A stretch of 38,222 nt of DNA from the IMG/VR virus record IMGVR_UViG_2703719347_000001, positions 1 to 38,222 of that record. One strand, given 5' to 3'. A program made the position numbers and the translations under genes. The notes under the pieces were generated by a model. The model worked only from the letters and a program-made list of their open reading frames with translations. It was not told where the DNA came from and searched no databases. Positions 1-9,574 of the stretch are shown here, piece by piece; positions within the stretch are counted from its first letter, which is position 1; each line of letters opens with the position of its first letter. Source of the stretch: a virus (Duplodnaviria > Heunggongvirae > Uroviricota > Caudoviricetes).

Positions 1-2960
1 CTGATATGCGTTCTGCTGGCAATACGCACATTCATCGCGGCATTGTAGCCAGATGTTCCACGGTTTCCGGTCGCAAATAAGCCTGCATAGGGAAAAGCAA
101 ATGGTAAGGCATATCCAGCATCAGCTCCCTTTTGTGTTGCCACCATTCCCCACTGCAACATAAGTTTCACCGGGTTTCCTGTCGTCGCAATGCATGGAAT
201 GTAGATGTAGCCATTCCCTGACATCATTGACCTGAAGCTGTCTAAACCCAGTAACTTCGAGGCATTATCTGCTCCAACATCTCGTGTTGCGGCGGTCCCT
301 AACTGGAGCGCATTTCGGAAGGCTGATACATCAGAAATATCAGCTCCATTAGCCGATTTCTGCATAGCTCCGGAGGCTTTATTTATCGTTTCGCCCAAAC
401 CAAGGTATGCGAGAAGACCAGCTACATCCTTTCCACTCAAATTAGTCAGCGTATTGTCCAGCGGTTGTTTGCCCGCCAGTGCGCTCTGTACTTCGCTTTT
501 GCTGTAGGCATCCAGATCTTTAGGCGTAAGCGTAATATCCTTCGTGCCGTCAAACGGAACGCCGTTGATATTCCGTGCAGTCTGTAGTTTTGTGGCAGTT
601 GCAGCATTACCAGTGGTGTTCTGATTACCCGTAGTGTTTACACCTGGAAGGTTAATATTTGCAGAACCGTCGAAAACAACTCCACCGATAGATCTTGCCG
701 TCTGCAATTTCGTGGCTGTACTTGCATTACCATTCAATGAACCAGTTAATCCACCTGTAACAGACAACGGACCTGAAACTGTTCCTCCGGTTGTTGGCAG
801 TGCTCCAATATCTAACGGCGTCGGTTTCTGATGTGTGCTATACATCGTATAAACAACACCATAGGTAACGCTGGAAGGCTTACTCGCTGAATATGTTGGC
901 GAGGTATAAACAGAAACTGACGCATTTGCAGTACAATCCCAATGGATATTTACACTCGTCGCATAATTGCCAATCTCAACGTAAATATCATATGTATCGC
1001 CGGATGTGTTGATCCAGGCGAAATTCGTTAATCCGACGGCTGTACGCTTCCACAAAGCCCCGGTAATTCCTTTGGGGTTTCCATTGCCTGCTCGTAGAAC
1101 CAGTTCTGAAATGCCTGCCTGATGTGGGGAACCGACGTTGTAACCAGCGCCACCAATCAATGCGATGTAAACGATGGAACTCGCCTGTGGCATGGTTACC
1201 GTTGCTAATTTGAACCAACCAGCACCACCGCTGAATGACATTGTTGTTGAGTTAAGCGTACCAATATCTTTCGGCGTCAGTGTTATATCCGCTGAAAGCG
1301 CCTTACCATTCACCTTACGGGCAGAAGGTACCCGACCATTCGCATTATCATTAGCTGCTTTCACTGCTTTCGGTGTCGCGGCAAGCGTTTCAGATGCGCT
1401 GTTGGTTGCACTACTGAGCTGGACAATTCCTTTTTGTGCTGTCGTAGCGTCCTGTGCGGTGTATTTCCCGTTAGCCAGGTCATACGCGGCCTTAACGGCT
1501 TTTGGCGTTGCCGCCTGTGACTCGGAAGTGCTGTTGGTCGCACTGCTGAGCTGTACTACCCCCTTTTTCGTCGTGCTCGCATCCTCAAGCGCCACAGCGG
1601 ATGCAATATCCTCTGCCCGTTTTGCTGCTGTCTCGGCGCGCGTTGCCGCGGATTCCGCCGTACTTTTGCTCTGAGCTGCCGCCGTCGCACTGCCAGCTGC
1701 CTCTGTCGCCTTCGTGGATGCCGTCGTGGCGCTGCCCTTCGCTGCTGACGCTTGTCTGGTCGCCTCATCTTTTGAAGCAGACGCCGATGATGCCGATGAC
1801 GCCGCCGAACTGGCGGACGATGCGGCAGCCGTTTTTGAGGATTCTGCACGGGTTTCCGACGCTTTCGCGTTCGTTTCGGATGTCTTCGCTGCGGAAGCTG
1901 ACCTCGCTGCTGCGCTGGCCTGTTCAGTGGCTTCGCCAGCCTTCGTTGTGGCTGTTGAAGCAGACGATGCGGCACTTTCTGCCGACTTTCCGGCAGCGGT
2001 GGCACTGGCTGAGGCCTGCCCGGCACTTGTTGATGCGGCACTGGCAGATGATGCAGCCGCTGTTTTTGAGCCTGCCGCAGCTGAGGCACTCTGTCCCGCT
2101 GCCGTTTCAGAAGACCTGGCGTTCGTCTCGGACGTTTTTGCCGCCTTCGCGGAATTTCCTGCCGCCGTTGCCGAGGAAGCGGCACTACTGGCGCTTGATG
2201 ATGCGTTCGTTTCTGATGATTTCGCTGCCTCTTTTGAGGCCGCCGCATCCCGGGCTGAGGTGGCAGCTTCTGACGCCTTTGTGGTCGCTGCGGATGCAGA
2301 AGTGGCTGCAGATTTTTGTGACGCTGCCGCATTCGTTTCTGACGTTTTCGCCGCACCGGCACTGGTAGCTGCCGCGCTTTTTGAGGACTCTGCAGCGGCA
2401 GCACTTTTTGAGGCTTCAGTGGCCTTTGTTGATGCCGTTCCTGCGCTGGAAGACGCTGACTGAGCCGACGTCGCGGCCTGCCCGGCTGATGTGCTGGCTG
2501 CGCGTGCTGAGCCTGCAGCATCAGTCGCATGGGTTGCCGCCTCACGGGCTGATGTGCTGGCATCACTGGCTGACTTCTTCGCGGCTGCCGTGTTCTGTGC
2601 CACCACGGACGCGTTACGCGCCACCTCTTCCACCATCAGCTCAAAACGGCGCAGTGCCTCCGGACGGGCATCATCCTCCGTCATGGCACCGAGAAAATCA
2701 TTCAGCGTACCGGGTCGGGAATCTTCATACACGGTGATGGTCCCGGCATGTGACGGCGGGAATCCTTCCACCAACAGAATAACGCTGTACTGACCGTACT
2801 CAACGTCCATGCTGTAACGCCCGGCTTCATCCGGATTTTCAGATGCCAGCGTGTTCACCACCACCGTGGTACTGTTACGTTTTGCTTTCAGCTGGATTGT
2901 GCAGTTCTGTACCGGTTTTCCTGTGCCGTCTTTCAGTACACCTGAAATTTTTACTGCCAT
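1..2960 (-). CDS. stf: Side tail fiber protein Stf, N-terminus at 2960, 3' end beyond window start (at least 986 codons in window)
   Basis: Hand translation of minus strand from ATG at 2960..2958 gives MAVKISGVLKDGTGKPVQNCTIQLKAKRNSTTVVVNTLASENPDEAGRYSMDVEYGQYSV..., matching my recollection of the lambda Stf N-terminus, followed by Ala/Ser/Thr-rich repeats and tail-fibre-like repeats (LQTARSIGGVVFDGSANI / LQTARNINGVPFDGTKDI). No stop seen in this frame to position 1. Not in ORF track, presumably because it has no stop inside the window. Confidence 0.8.
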   Translation of the reverse strand, partial: MAVKISGVLKDGTGKPVQNCTIQLKAKRNSTTVVVNTLASENPDEAGRYSMDVEYGQYSVILLVEGFPPSHAGTITVYEDSRPGTLNDFLGAMTEDDARPEALRRFELMVEEVARNASVVAQNTAAAKKSASDASTSAREAATHATDAAGSARAASTSAGQAATSAQSASSSAGTASTKATEASKSAAAAESSKSAAATSAGAAKTSETNAAASQKSAATSASAATTKASEAATSARDAAASKEAAKSSETNASSSASSAASSATAAGNSAKAAKTSETNARSSETAAGQSASAAAGSKTAAASSASAASTSAGQASASATAAGKSAESAASSASTATTKAGEATEQASAAARSASAAKTSETNAKASETRAESSKTAAASSASSAASSASSASASKDEATRQASAAKGSATTASTKATEAAGSATAAAQSKSTAESAATRAETAAKRAEDIASAVALEDASTTKKGVVQLSSATNSTSESQAATPKAVKAAYDLANGKYTAQDATTAQKGIVQLSSATNSASETLAATPKAVKAANDNANGRVPSARKVNGKALSADITLTPKDIGTLNSTTMSFSGGAGWFKLATVTMPQASSIVYIALIGGAGYNVGSPHQAGISELVLRAGNGNPKGITGALWKRTAVGLTNFAWINTSGDTYDIYVEIGNYATSVNIHWDCTANASVSVYTSPTYSASKPSSVTYGVVYTMYSTHQKPTPLDIGALPTTGGTVSGPLSVTGGLTGSLNGNASTATKLQTARSIGGVVFDGSANINLPGVNTTGNQNTTGNAATATKLQTARNINGVPFDGTKDITLTPKDLDAYSKSEVQSALAGKQPLDNTLTNLSGKDVAGLLAYLGLGETINKASGAMQKSANGADISDVSAFRNALQLGTAATRDVGADNASKLLGLDSFRSMMSGNGYIYIPCIATTGNPVKLMLQWGMVATQKGADAGYALPFAFPYAGLFATGNRGTSGYNAAMNVRIASRTHI

Positions 2961-2970
2961 ATTCACCCCA

Positions 2971-2998
2971 CAAAAAAGCCCGCCTGAAACGGCGGGCT
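2971..2998 (-). terminator. Intrinsic terminator between lom and stf
   Basis: Minus-strand hairpin AGCCCGCC-GTTTCA-GGCGGGCT followed by a U-run (plus strand shows AAAAAAGCCCGCCTGAAACGGCGGGCT). Confidence 0.6.
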
Positions 2999-3024
2999 GT
3001 CATAACACTGTGTTACCTGGCTAA

Positions 3025-3624
3025 TCAGAATTTATAACCGACACCCACGATGAAACCGTCAGTGCGCCAGTCGCCACTGCCGGAACCTTCATAAGCGACA
3101 TCAATGGCCACGGACTCGGTCGGGTTAAACTGCACGCCAGCCCCCCACGCCAGAGACGTGTTGCTGTGGCGACCGTCATCACTTCCGGTCAGCACATCGT
3201 GCGTTTTCCCCTTATTGTCAGTTACGCGGATATAATCCCCGGAGAAAGTCGACACACGGCTGTAAGCTACACCCGCCATCGCATACGCGCTGAACCATTC
3301 ATTCACGCGCACAGACGGCCCCGCCATTACGCTGAACCAGCGGTTACGAACGGAATCTTCATGCCAGCGGGTATCGCTGTAACGGGTCAGCTGGCGATTC
3401 TTGTCTCCTGCATAGCTGAATGACGTCACCAGCCCCAGTGTGTCCGTAAACTCATAACGGTATTTCACGTTAATCCCGTTCAGATCATCACTGCCGGGGA
3501 CGTTCGTCGAGGCATGAAGATACCCCGCGCTCAGCGTGGACTGATGTTCAGACGCCCATGCAGGCGCACCGGATACGGCCAGACAAATGGCTGCGGACAA
3601 AATTGCTGCACAAACTTTACGCAT
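3025..3624 (-). CDS. lom: Outer membrane protein Lom (Ail/Lom family)
   Basis: 199 aa, N-terminal signal peptide (MRKVCAAILSAAICLAVSGAPAWA), C-terminal ...GVGYKF beta-barrel terminus; located directly after J as in lambda. Confidence 0.85.
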   Translation of the reverse strand: MRKVCAAILSAAICLAVSGAPAWASEHQSTLSAGYLHASTNVPGSDDLNGINVKYRYEFTDTLGLVTSFSYAGDKNRQLTRYSDTRWHEDSVRNRWFSVMAGPSVRVNEWFSAYAMAGVAYSRVSTFSGDYIRVTDNKGKTHDVLTGSDDGRHSNTSLAWGAGVQFNPTESVAIDVAYEGSGSGDWRTDGFIVGVGYKF

Positions 3625-3694
3625 AATTACCTCTCGCTTTTCTGCAATAAAAAAGGCGTCATTCCTGACGCCCTTTATTGGGGTTATAAATATT

Positions 3695-6600
3695 TCAACG
3701 AATACTGATGCCGGAAGCGGCTTTTTTGGTCACAATCACCGTACAGTCGGTGATATTGCCTGCCCCCTGATTGCCTTTCTGGAAAATCTTAAACTCCAGA
3801 GTGACGCTTCCCCTGCCACTCGGCATATCAATAACTGCACTGTAACTACCGGGAATGGCCCCTTTAGTTTCTCTGGATGCGATTAATACGCCGTTTTTGC
3901 GAACTTCAAAACCATAACCCGTGTATCTTGTGCCTCCTGGGTTATTTCCGCTCCCCGGATCGTCATACGCTATACCGTTAAAAATAATGGGCGGAATAAT
4001 AATCTGGCGGTCAAAGTTATGATCATCGCTGATGGTGACTGTAACCGTACCGTTTGGTGTTTCCGTGTTACCCCACGTACCGACTTTTTTCGGGAAGGCT
4101 TTTGATACAGCTTTAACGAAATCTCCTCTGACCTGGGTCGCCTCCAGCATGCCCTTAATCGTACAGTTCTGGTTAATCGTGACATTGTTGAGCGTTCCTG
4201 AGTTCGCATTCACACTGCCACTGATATCCGCATTTTTCGCCGTCAGTCTCCCGTCTGATGTCAGGGAAAATGCCGGAGGATTACCGCCGCTGGTAATGGT
4301 GGGGGCCGTCAGGCGTTTCAGGAACACTTCATTCATGAATATCTGATCGCCCTGACCAACAAACATCGGCTTTGTGTTGCCATTCGCAGGATTAATCATC
4401 GCAATCCTGTCTGCTGCCAGCAGCACCTGACTCTGCATGCCGTCAGGGGTGTTCTCAATACCGGCACCGATACCCGCGATATAAAGGCGTCCGTCCTGCA
4501 TCTGCTGCAGCTTCACTGCCCACATGCTGTTCAGGTTATTATTTGTATCAACCTGAACCTTCTGTATCTGCTGGATCGCTGCACTCTGGTCTTCCAGTTT
4601 CTTATTGACGGTCTGTGTTATTTCATTGCTGACATCCGTTATGGACGTCCTGATTTCAGTCAGGTCAGGCGCAAGCTGACCGTTATCAATCTGCGTCCAC
4701 AGCTCCTGAGCCAGATGGGTTTTCCCTATCTCGCCTTTGAAAAAATCCAGATAGCCTGATGCATCATCACTCGGCTGACCGACAGCCTCCACGAATGCCG
4801 ATTTGCCAACGGTGTTCACACTGCGAACGTAAAAATAATAATCATGGCCCGGTTTGATATTGATACTGGCGGCTATCCAGTACAGTGCCGTACCAAGATA
4901 ACGCGCGCTGGTTTCAACCTGCCTGATATCCGCAATCCGTTTTTCCGAGAACCAGAACTCAAACTGTACCGTCGGGTCATAAACCGCAAGATGCGGCGTG
5001 GCGGTTATCTGAAAATAGCCCGGCGTCAGCTCAATCCGCGACGGCGCTGCCGGTGCGGCAATCCGGAACGATACCGACGCCGGATCGCCCTGCTGCCCCC
5101 ACGCATTTACTGCCCGGACTGTCAGCCTGTAGTTCCCCAGAGCCAGTTGTGTGAAGCGGTAAGTGGTTTCCGTCGTCCGGGCCGTGCTGACCAGCCGCTC
5201 ACGGCCGTCATCCGCTGCCACGGTCAGGCGAAGCAGGAAGCTCACGCCCTTCACCACCTTCGGCGTGTCCCAGCGGGCCAGCACCTGGTATTCCCCGCTG
5301 TCTGCGGTGACTTCTGCGGTCAGGTGCTGCACCGCTGGCGGCGTGACACCATTTACCGTGCCGCTCTGGTCGCCGTCAAAGTGCGCCCCGTTATCCACGA
5401 TGGCCTCTTTTTCCGGTACATGCTGCACGGCGGTGATGGCATACGTGCCGTCGTCGTTCTCACGGATACTCACGCAGCGGAACAGGCGCTGGCGCAACGT
5501 CGGCAGCTTCAGCCCCCATACGCTGTATTCAGCAACGCCGTCAGGAACACGGCTCACTTTCACCTTCACGCCGTCGGTGACGGACTGAACCTCCACGCTG
5601 ACCGGACTCCCCTGCCCGTCAACCAGGCTTATCAGCGTGGTGCCGGAAGATGGCAGCGTGATTTCACGGTCGAGCGTCAGCGTCCGGGTCTGGATGTTTA
5701 CCGCCAGCACGCGCCCGCCGGTGCGGATACCGGCATAGTCATCATCGCAGATTTCAATGACATCGCCCGGTACATGGCGAAGCCCTTCAGCACCCACGCT
5801 GAAATCCACGGTCTGCGTCTCCAGCAGTTCCGTTTTAATCAGCCACAGCCCGGCGCGGTGTGCCTGCCCCCGGCTGGTACAGCCAAAGGCATCCATCTTC
5901 GTGACATTACGACCGTAACGGGCAATGGCCTGCGTATCTTCAACAAGCTCTGTCGCCGTCTCCCAGCCGTTGTTCGGGTCAATCCAGTTCACCTCAACGG
6001 CATTATGGCGGTCCTTCAGGGCGCTGAAGCTGTAGCGGAACGGCGCGCCATCATCCGGCATCACCACATTACTGCGGTTATAGGTCCACACCTTATCTGA
6101 TGGTCGGTCCTGCACGAACGTCAGCGTCTGCCCGTTCCATACCGGCATACAGCGCATCGCCGAGCAGAAATCACTGAGCACATCCCACGCCTTACGCTGT
6201 GTGGTCAGCCAGGCATTACAGGTGATGCGCGGCTCCGTGCCGCTAAAACCGTCCGGCACTGACTGGTCGCAGTACTGGCCGATGACATACAGCGCCCATT
6301 TATCCACATCCGCCGCACCAAGACGTTTCCCCATGCCGTAGCGCGGGTGGGTCAGCATATCCCACAGACACCAGGCCGGGTTGTTGCTGTATGCCGGCTT
6401 AAACGTTCCGTCCCAGATACCGCTGTATTGCCGCGTCTGCGGGTTATAGTTCGACGGCACCTGCAGAATGCGCCCGCGAAGATGATAATTACGGCTCACC
6501 TGCTGGCTGCCGAACTGCTCCGAGTCCACCTGCACGCCGACCAGTGCCGTGTTCGGGTAGCACTGTTTCACATCGATGATTTCGGTGTATGACGACCAGA

Positions 6601-7192
6601 GCGTTTTGTTCTGCAGCTGGTCTGTGGTGCTGTCCGGCGTCATCCTGCGCATCCGGATATTAAACGGGCGCGGCGGCAGGTTACCCACCACCACCGAGGC
6701 CAGATACTGTGAGGTGGTTTTTCCCTTAATGGTGATGTCTTTTTCCGTCACCCAGCCACCGTTACGTTGTATCTGAACCAGCAGGCGGACTTCCGACGGA
6801 TTCCGGTCCCCCTTTGAGGTGGTTTCCACCAGTGCCTGCACACCGAAGGTAAAGCGCAGACGGTCGATGTTTGCAGACGTGATGGTCCGGGTAATCGGCG
6901 TGTCGTACTTCACTTCCGTACCCAGCACCGTCTCGGAGCCGGAGGATTCAAATCCCTCCGGCGGTGTCTGCTCCTGCTCACCTGCCCGGAACACCACCGT
7001 GACACCGGAGATATTGGTATTCCCCTCACTGTCCAGCACTGGCGTACTGTTCAGCAGCACACTTTTTAATCCGTCCACCGGACCTTCAATCGGCCCTTCA
7101 CTGATGGCGTCTATCACGCTCAGCATCTGGGATGATTTCAGGTTGTCCTTCGCTTCGCGCGGGGTATGCCCCTTACTGCTGCCTTTACCCAT
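3695..7192 (-). CDS. J: Tail tip / host specificity protein J
   Basis: 1165 aa ORF, position after I/K/L/M/H, lambda J-like size (recalled as about 1132 aa). Confidence 0.9.
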   Translation of the reverse strand: MGKGSSKGHTPREAKDNLKSSQMLSVIDAISEGPIEGPVDGLKSVLLNSTPVLDSEGNTNISGVTVVFRAGEQEQTPPEGFESSGSETVLGTEVKYDTPITRTITSANIDRLRFTFGVQALVETTSKGDRNPSEVRLLVQIQRNGGWVTEKDITIKGKTTSQYLASVVVGNLPPRPFNIRMRRMTPDSTTDQLQNKTLWSSYTEIIDVKQCYPNTALVGVQVDSEQFGSQQVSRNYHLRGRILQVPSNYNPQTRQYSGIWDGTFKPAYSNNPAWCLWDMLTHPRYGMGKRLGAADVDKWALYVIGQYCDQSVPDGFSGTEPRITCNAWLTTQRKAWDVLSDFCSAMRCMPVWNGQTLTFVQDRPSDKVWTYNRSNVVMPDDGAPFRYSFSALKDRHNAVEVNWIDPNNGWETATELVEDTQAIARYGRNVTKMDAFGCTSRGQAHRAGLWLIKTELLETQTVDFSVGAEGLRHVPGDVIEICDDDYAGIRTGGRVLAVNIQTRTLTLDREITLPSSGTTLISLVDGQGSPVSVEVQSVTDGVKVKVSRVPDGVAEYSVWGLKLPTLRQRLFRCVSIRENDDGTYAITAVQHVPEKEAIVDNGAHFDGDQSGTVNGVTPPAVQHLTAEVTADSGEYQVLARWDTPKVVKGVSFLLRLTVAADDGRERLVSTARTTETTYRFTQLALGNYRLTVRAVNAWGQQGDPASVSFRIAAPAAPSRIELTPGYFQITATPHLAVYDPTVQFEFWFSEKRIADIRQVETSARYLGTALYWIAASINIKPGHDYYFYVRSVNTVGKSAFVEAVGQPSDDASGYLDFFKGEIGKTHLAQELWTQIDNGQLAPDLTEIRTSITDVSNEITQTVNKKLEDQSAAIQQIQKVQVDTNNNLNSMWAVKLQQMQDGRLYIAGIGAGIENTPDGMQSQVLLAADRIAMINPANGNTKPMFVGQGDQIFMNEVFLKRLTAPTITSGGNPPAFSLTSDGRLTAKNADISGSVNANSGTLNNVTINQNCTIKGMLEATQVRGDFVKAVSKAFPKKVGTWGNTETPNGTVTVTISDDHNFDRQIIIPPIIFNGIAYDDPGSGNNPGGTRYTGYGFEVRKNGVLIASRETKGAIPGSYSAVIDMPSGRGSVTLEFKIFQKGNQGAGNITDCTVIVTKKAASGISIR

Positions 7193-7252
7193 TCCTCACG
7201 CTCCAGAAACGACAAAACCGCCCGGAGGCGGTTTCACATAAAACGTTTTTCA

Positions 7253-7900
7253 TCAACGACCAATCACCACAACCTGACCACCATCCCCTTCGTCTGCCGT
7301 GCTGATCTCCTGAGAAGCCACCCGCGACCCCACGCGCATTTCACCGTACAGAACAGGCAGAACATTGCCCTGGGCAACCATGTTATCCAGTGAGGAGAAA
7401 TAGGTGTTCTGTTTGCCGTTATCTGTACTGGCTGCCGTGGGCGTCCTGGCTTTCGGTGCCAGCATCTGCGCCACTCCGCCCAGGATCATACTGGCCCCTG
7501 CCGCATACATGCCCGATACAGCCGCGGCACCCAGCCAGCCCACAGGGTTCCACCATGCCACCGCAATCAGCGCCGCCCCAAGCACCACCTGAAACACACC
7601 GCCACTTTTAGCTCCCGCCAGACGCGGCACGATGTGGATCACGGCACCATTTGCCAGCGGCTCATTAAGACGGGCAGATAATTCATTTTCGCCTGCATCA
7701 CGCCCGGCAATGCGCACCTGATACCAGCCCTTATTCAGTTTCTGACGAAACGCCGGGAGCTGAGTGGCCAGCGCCCGGATGGCTTCGGCCCCCGTTTTCA
7801 CACGAAGATCGATGCGGCGGCCAAATCGTTGCAAATCCCCGTAAAGGCAGATGCGTGCCATGCCCGGTGACGCCAGAGGGAGTGTGTGCGTCGCTGCCAT
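7253..7900 (-). CDS. I: Tail assembly protein I
   Basis: 215 aa ORF in lambda I position; ubiquitin-like N-terminus and hydrophobic Gly/Ala-rich C-terminal half. Confidence 0.85.
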   Translation of the reverse strand: MAATHTLPLASPGMARICLYGDLQRFGRRIDLRVKTGAEAIRALATQLPAFRQKLNKGWYQVRIAGRDAGENELSARLNEPLANGAVIHIVPRLAGAKSGGVFQVVLGAALIAVAWWNPVGWLGAAAVSGMYAAGASMILGGVAQMLAPKARTPTAASTDNGKQNTYFSSLDNMVAQGNVLPVLYGEMRVGSRVASQEISTADEGDGGQVVVIGR

Positions 7901-8541
7901 TTGTCGGTATACCTCTCTCGTTTGCTCAGTTGTTCAGGAATATGGTGCAGCAGCTCGCCGTCGCCGCAGTAAATAGCGGCATGATTCGGCACCGATGAAC
8001 CAAAACAGCACAGCAGCACATCGCCCGGCTGCGCCGCTGACAACGGCACCTGATACAGCCCTGTAGCCTCCAGATTATCCAGATAGAGATTCTGACCGTT
8101 ACGCCACCAGTCATCCCCGCGATGAAAATCCGGCATCTCAATCCCCGCCAGATGGTAAGCATCCCGGAACAGCGTGTAACAGTCCGTCACCCCGTGCTCA
8201 AAGCGCCGCCCGGTGAGATGCGGCACACAGCGGAATTTATGAATCGCCCCCCGGCAGACCAGCCACCACGGCAAATCACTCTGCACCTGCAGCCGCCGGT
8301 CGGCCTCACTCAGCCAGGGCAGACCACCGGGGTGGCTGTGGACCAGTGCCACAATCTCACCCTGCATCTCTGCCCGCAGCCAGTCCTCCGGCGACATCCG
8401 GAAATACTCCTCCGGCTCACCGGAGATATTCACGCAGGGAAAATATCTTTCTCCCTCCGGCGTTTTCACCACGAAGCCGCACGACTCCGCTGGCGCACAT
8501 CGGCGGGCGTGCGCCAGAATCGCTGATTCTGTCTCTGTCAT
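7798..8541 (-). CDS. K: Tail assembly protein K (MPN/JAB plus NlpC/P60-like)
   Basis: ORF begins MTETESAILAHARRCAPAESCGF..., HSHP metal-binding motif, conserved Cys/His; 3' end overlaps I by about 100 nt, so the true stop or frame usage at the 3' end is uncertain. Confidence 0.8.
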   Translation of the reverse strand: MTETESAILAHARRCAPAESCGFVVKTPEGERYFPCVNISGEPEEYFRMSPEDWLRAEMQGEIVALVHSHPGGLPWLSEADRRLQVQSDLPWWLVCRGAIHKFRCVPHLTGRRFEHGVTDCYTLFRDAYHLAGIEMPDFHRGDDWWRNGQNLYLDNLEATGLYQVPLSAAQPGDVLLCCFGSSVPNHAAIYCGDGELLHHIPEQLSKRERYTDKWQRRTHSLWRHRAWHASAFTGICNDLAAASIFV

Positions 8542-8546
8542 GGGAT

Positions 8547-9245
8547 TTACTGCGAAAGTTTGTTAATGGAAAGGAAGCCGCCAAAGTTGCCGACGTTATT
8601 GCGGAACTTACAACCGCTCAGGCATTTGCTGCATTTATCCTTCGTGATATCGGACGTTGGCTGGTCATATTCATCCGCGACCGCCGGACCGTGATAACCG
8701 CACTCATCGCCGCGATAGGTCCAGGTGCAGGTGTTGGCCAGCATGATACGTCCCGGAAAAACAGCGCCATCCGTTTCCGTCGGCGTGGACAGTACAAAGG
8801 AGGCACTCACCGCGCTCAGTTCGCTGCACTGCTCAATGCGCCAGCGGCTGATCACCTCCTGCTCCGGATCGGCGTAACTGTTTCCGTTGACGAAGTTCAC
8901 CGCATCCAGAAAACGGGCGTAAACCTTACGCCGGACCACCGTTCCGCCGACCAGACTCTGCATATCTTCCGCCATCCCGGTGACCATACCGTACAGGTTA
9001 GAAACCGTCAGCGTGGGGCGCGTACTGGTGCCTTTGCCATTCAGTTCAAAACCGCTCCCCTGAATGGGATACGGCTGATACTGTCGCCCCTGCCAGGTGA
9101 CCGGCTCACCTTTTTCGTTCTGCTCATTACAGAAAAAATAACGTTCTCCACCGACCTCTGTCAGGTCGATTTCCCAGAGCACCACGCTGGCCGACTGCTC
9201 CGCACGGGTGCATTCATTCAGTGTTTCCTGCCGGATATCCTGCAT
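8547..9245 (-). CDS. L: Tail tip assembly protein L
   Basis: 232 aa, same length as lambda L as I recall it; Cys cluster near C-terminus; synteny. Confidence 0.88.
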   Translation of the reverse strand: MQDIRQETLNECTRAEQSASVVLWEIDLTEVGGERYFFCNEQNEKGEPVTWQGRQYQPYPIQGSGFELNGKGTSTRPTLTVSNLYGMVTGMAEDMQSLVGGTVVRRKVYARFLDAVNFVNGNSYADPEQEVISRWRIEQCSELSAVSASFVLSTPTETDGAVFPGRIMLANTCTWTYRGDECGYHGPAVADEYDQPTSDITKDKCSKCLSGCKFRNNVGNFGGFLSINKLSQ

Positions 9246-9574
9246 CAGTTCACCACCTGTTCAAACTCTGCGCTGAACTCAACACGCAACATACTGACCC
9301 GCGACGACCATTTTGCGCAGGTCACCTTTATCTGCCGCCACTCATAAGGCGGCGTCCACAGAAAGGATTTCCAGCCCCCGTGCTCTTCCAGAAACGACTC
9401 CAGTACCGTGGCCTCCTCACGGGGGACAGAAAGCGTCACGCTGTACGTTTTCAGGTTGGCATTCAGCCCGGCAGGCGCTCGCTGAGAATAGCCATCACCA
9501 AAGCGCACCTTTCTTACAGAAGGGACCGAAGCCACATCCATACCGGGTTTCACTTTCCAGCGGAAGGTCTTCAT
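9245..9574 (-). CDS. M: Tail tip protein M
   Basis: 109 aa, lambda M length and position; 1-nt overlap with L, 4-nt overlap with H. Confidence 0.88.
   Translation of the reverse strand: MKTFRWKVKPGMDVASVPSVRKVRFGDGYSQRAPAGLNANLKTYSVTLSVPREEATVLESFLEEHGGWKSFLWTPPYEWRQIKVTCAKWSSRVSMLRVEFSAEFEQVVN

Noticed and set aside
1556-2566. Track ORFs 1556..2566 (-), 1714..2463 (+), 1601..2368 (+) and 1174..1674 (+) with Arg-rich or Ala/Asp-rich low-complexity products
   Set aside because: They are alternative-frame or antisense readings of the repetitive stf coding sequence; the stf frame gives a coherent tail-fibre protein, these give low-complexity products.
4844-6100. 418-aa plus-strand ORF (and 5163..5588) inside J
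   Set aside because: Antisense to J in GC-rich DNA; Arg-rich composition; no independent support.
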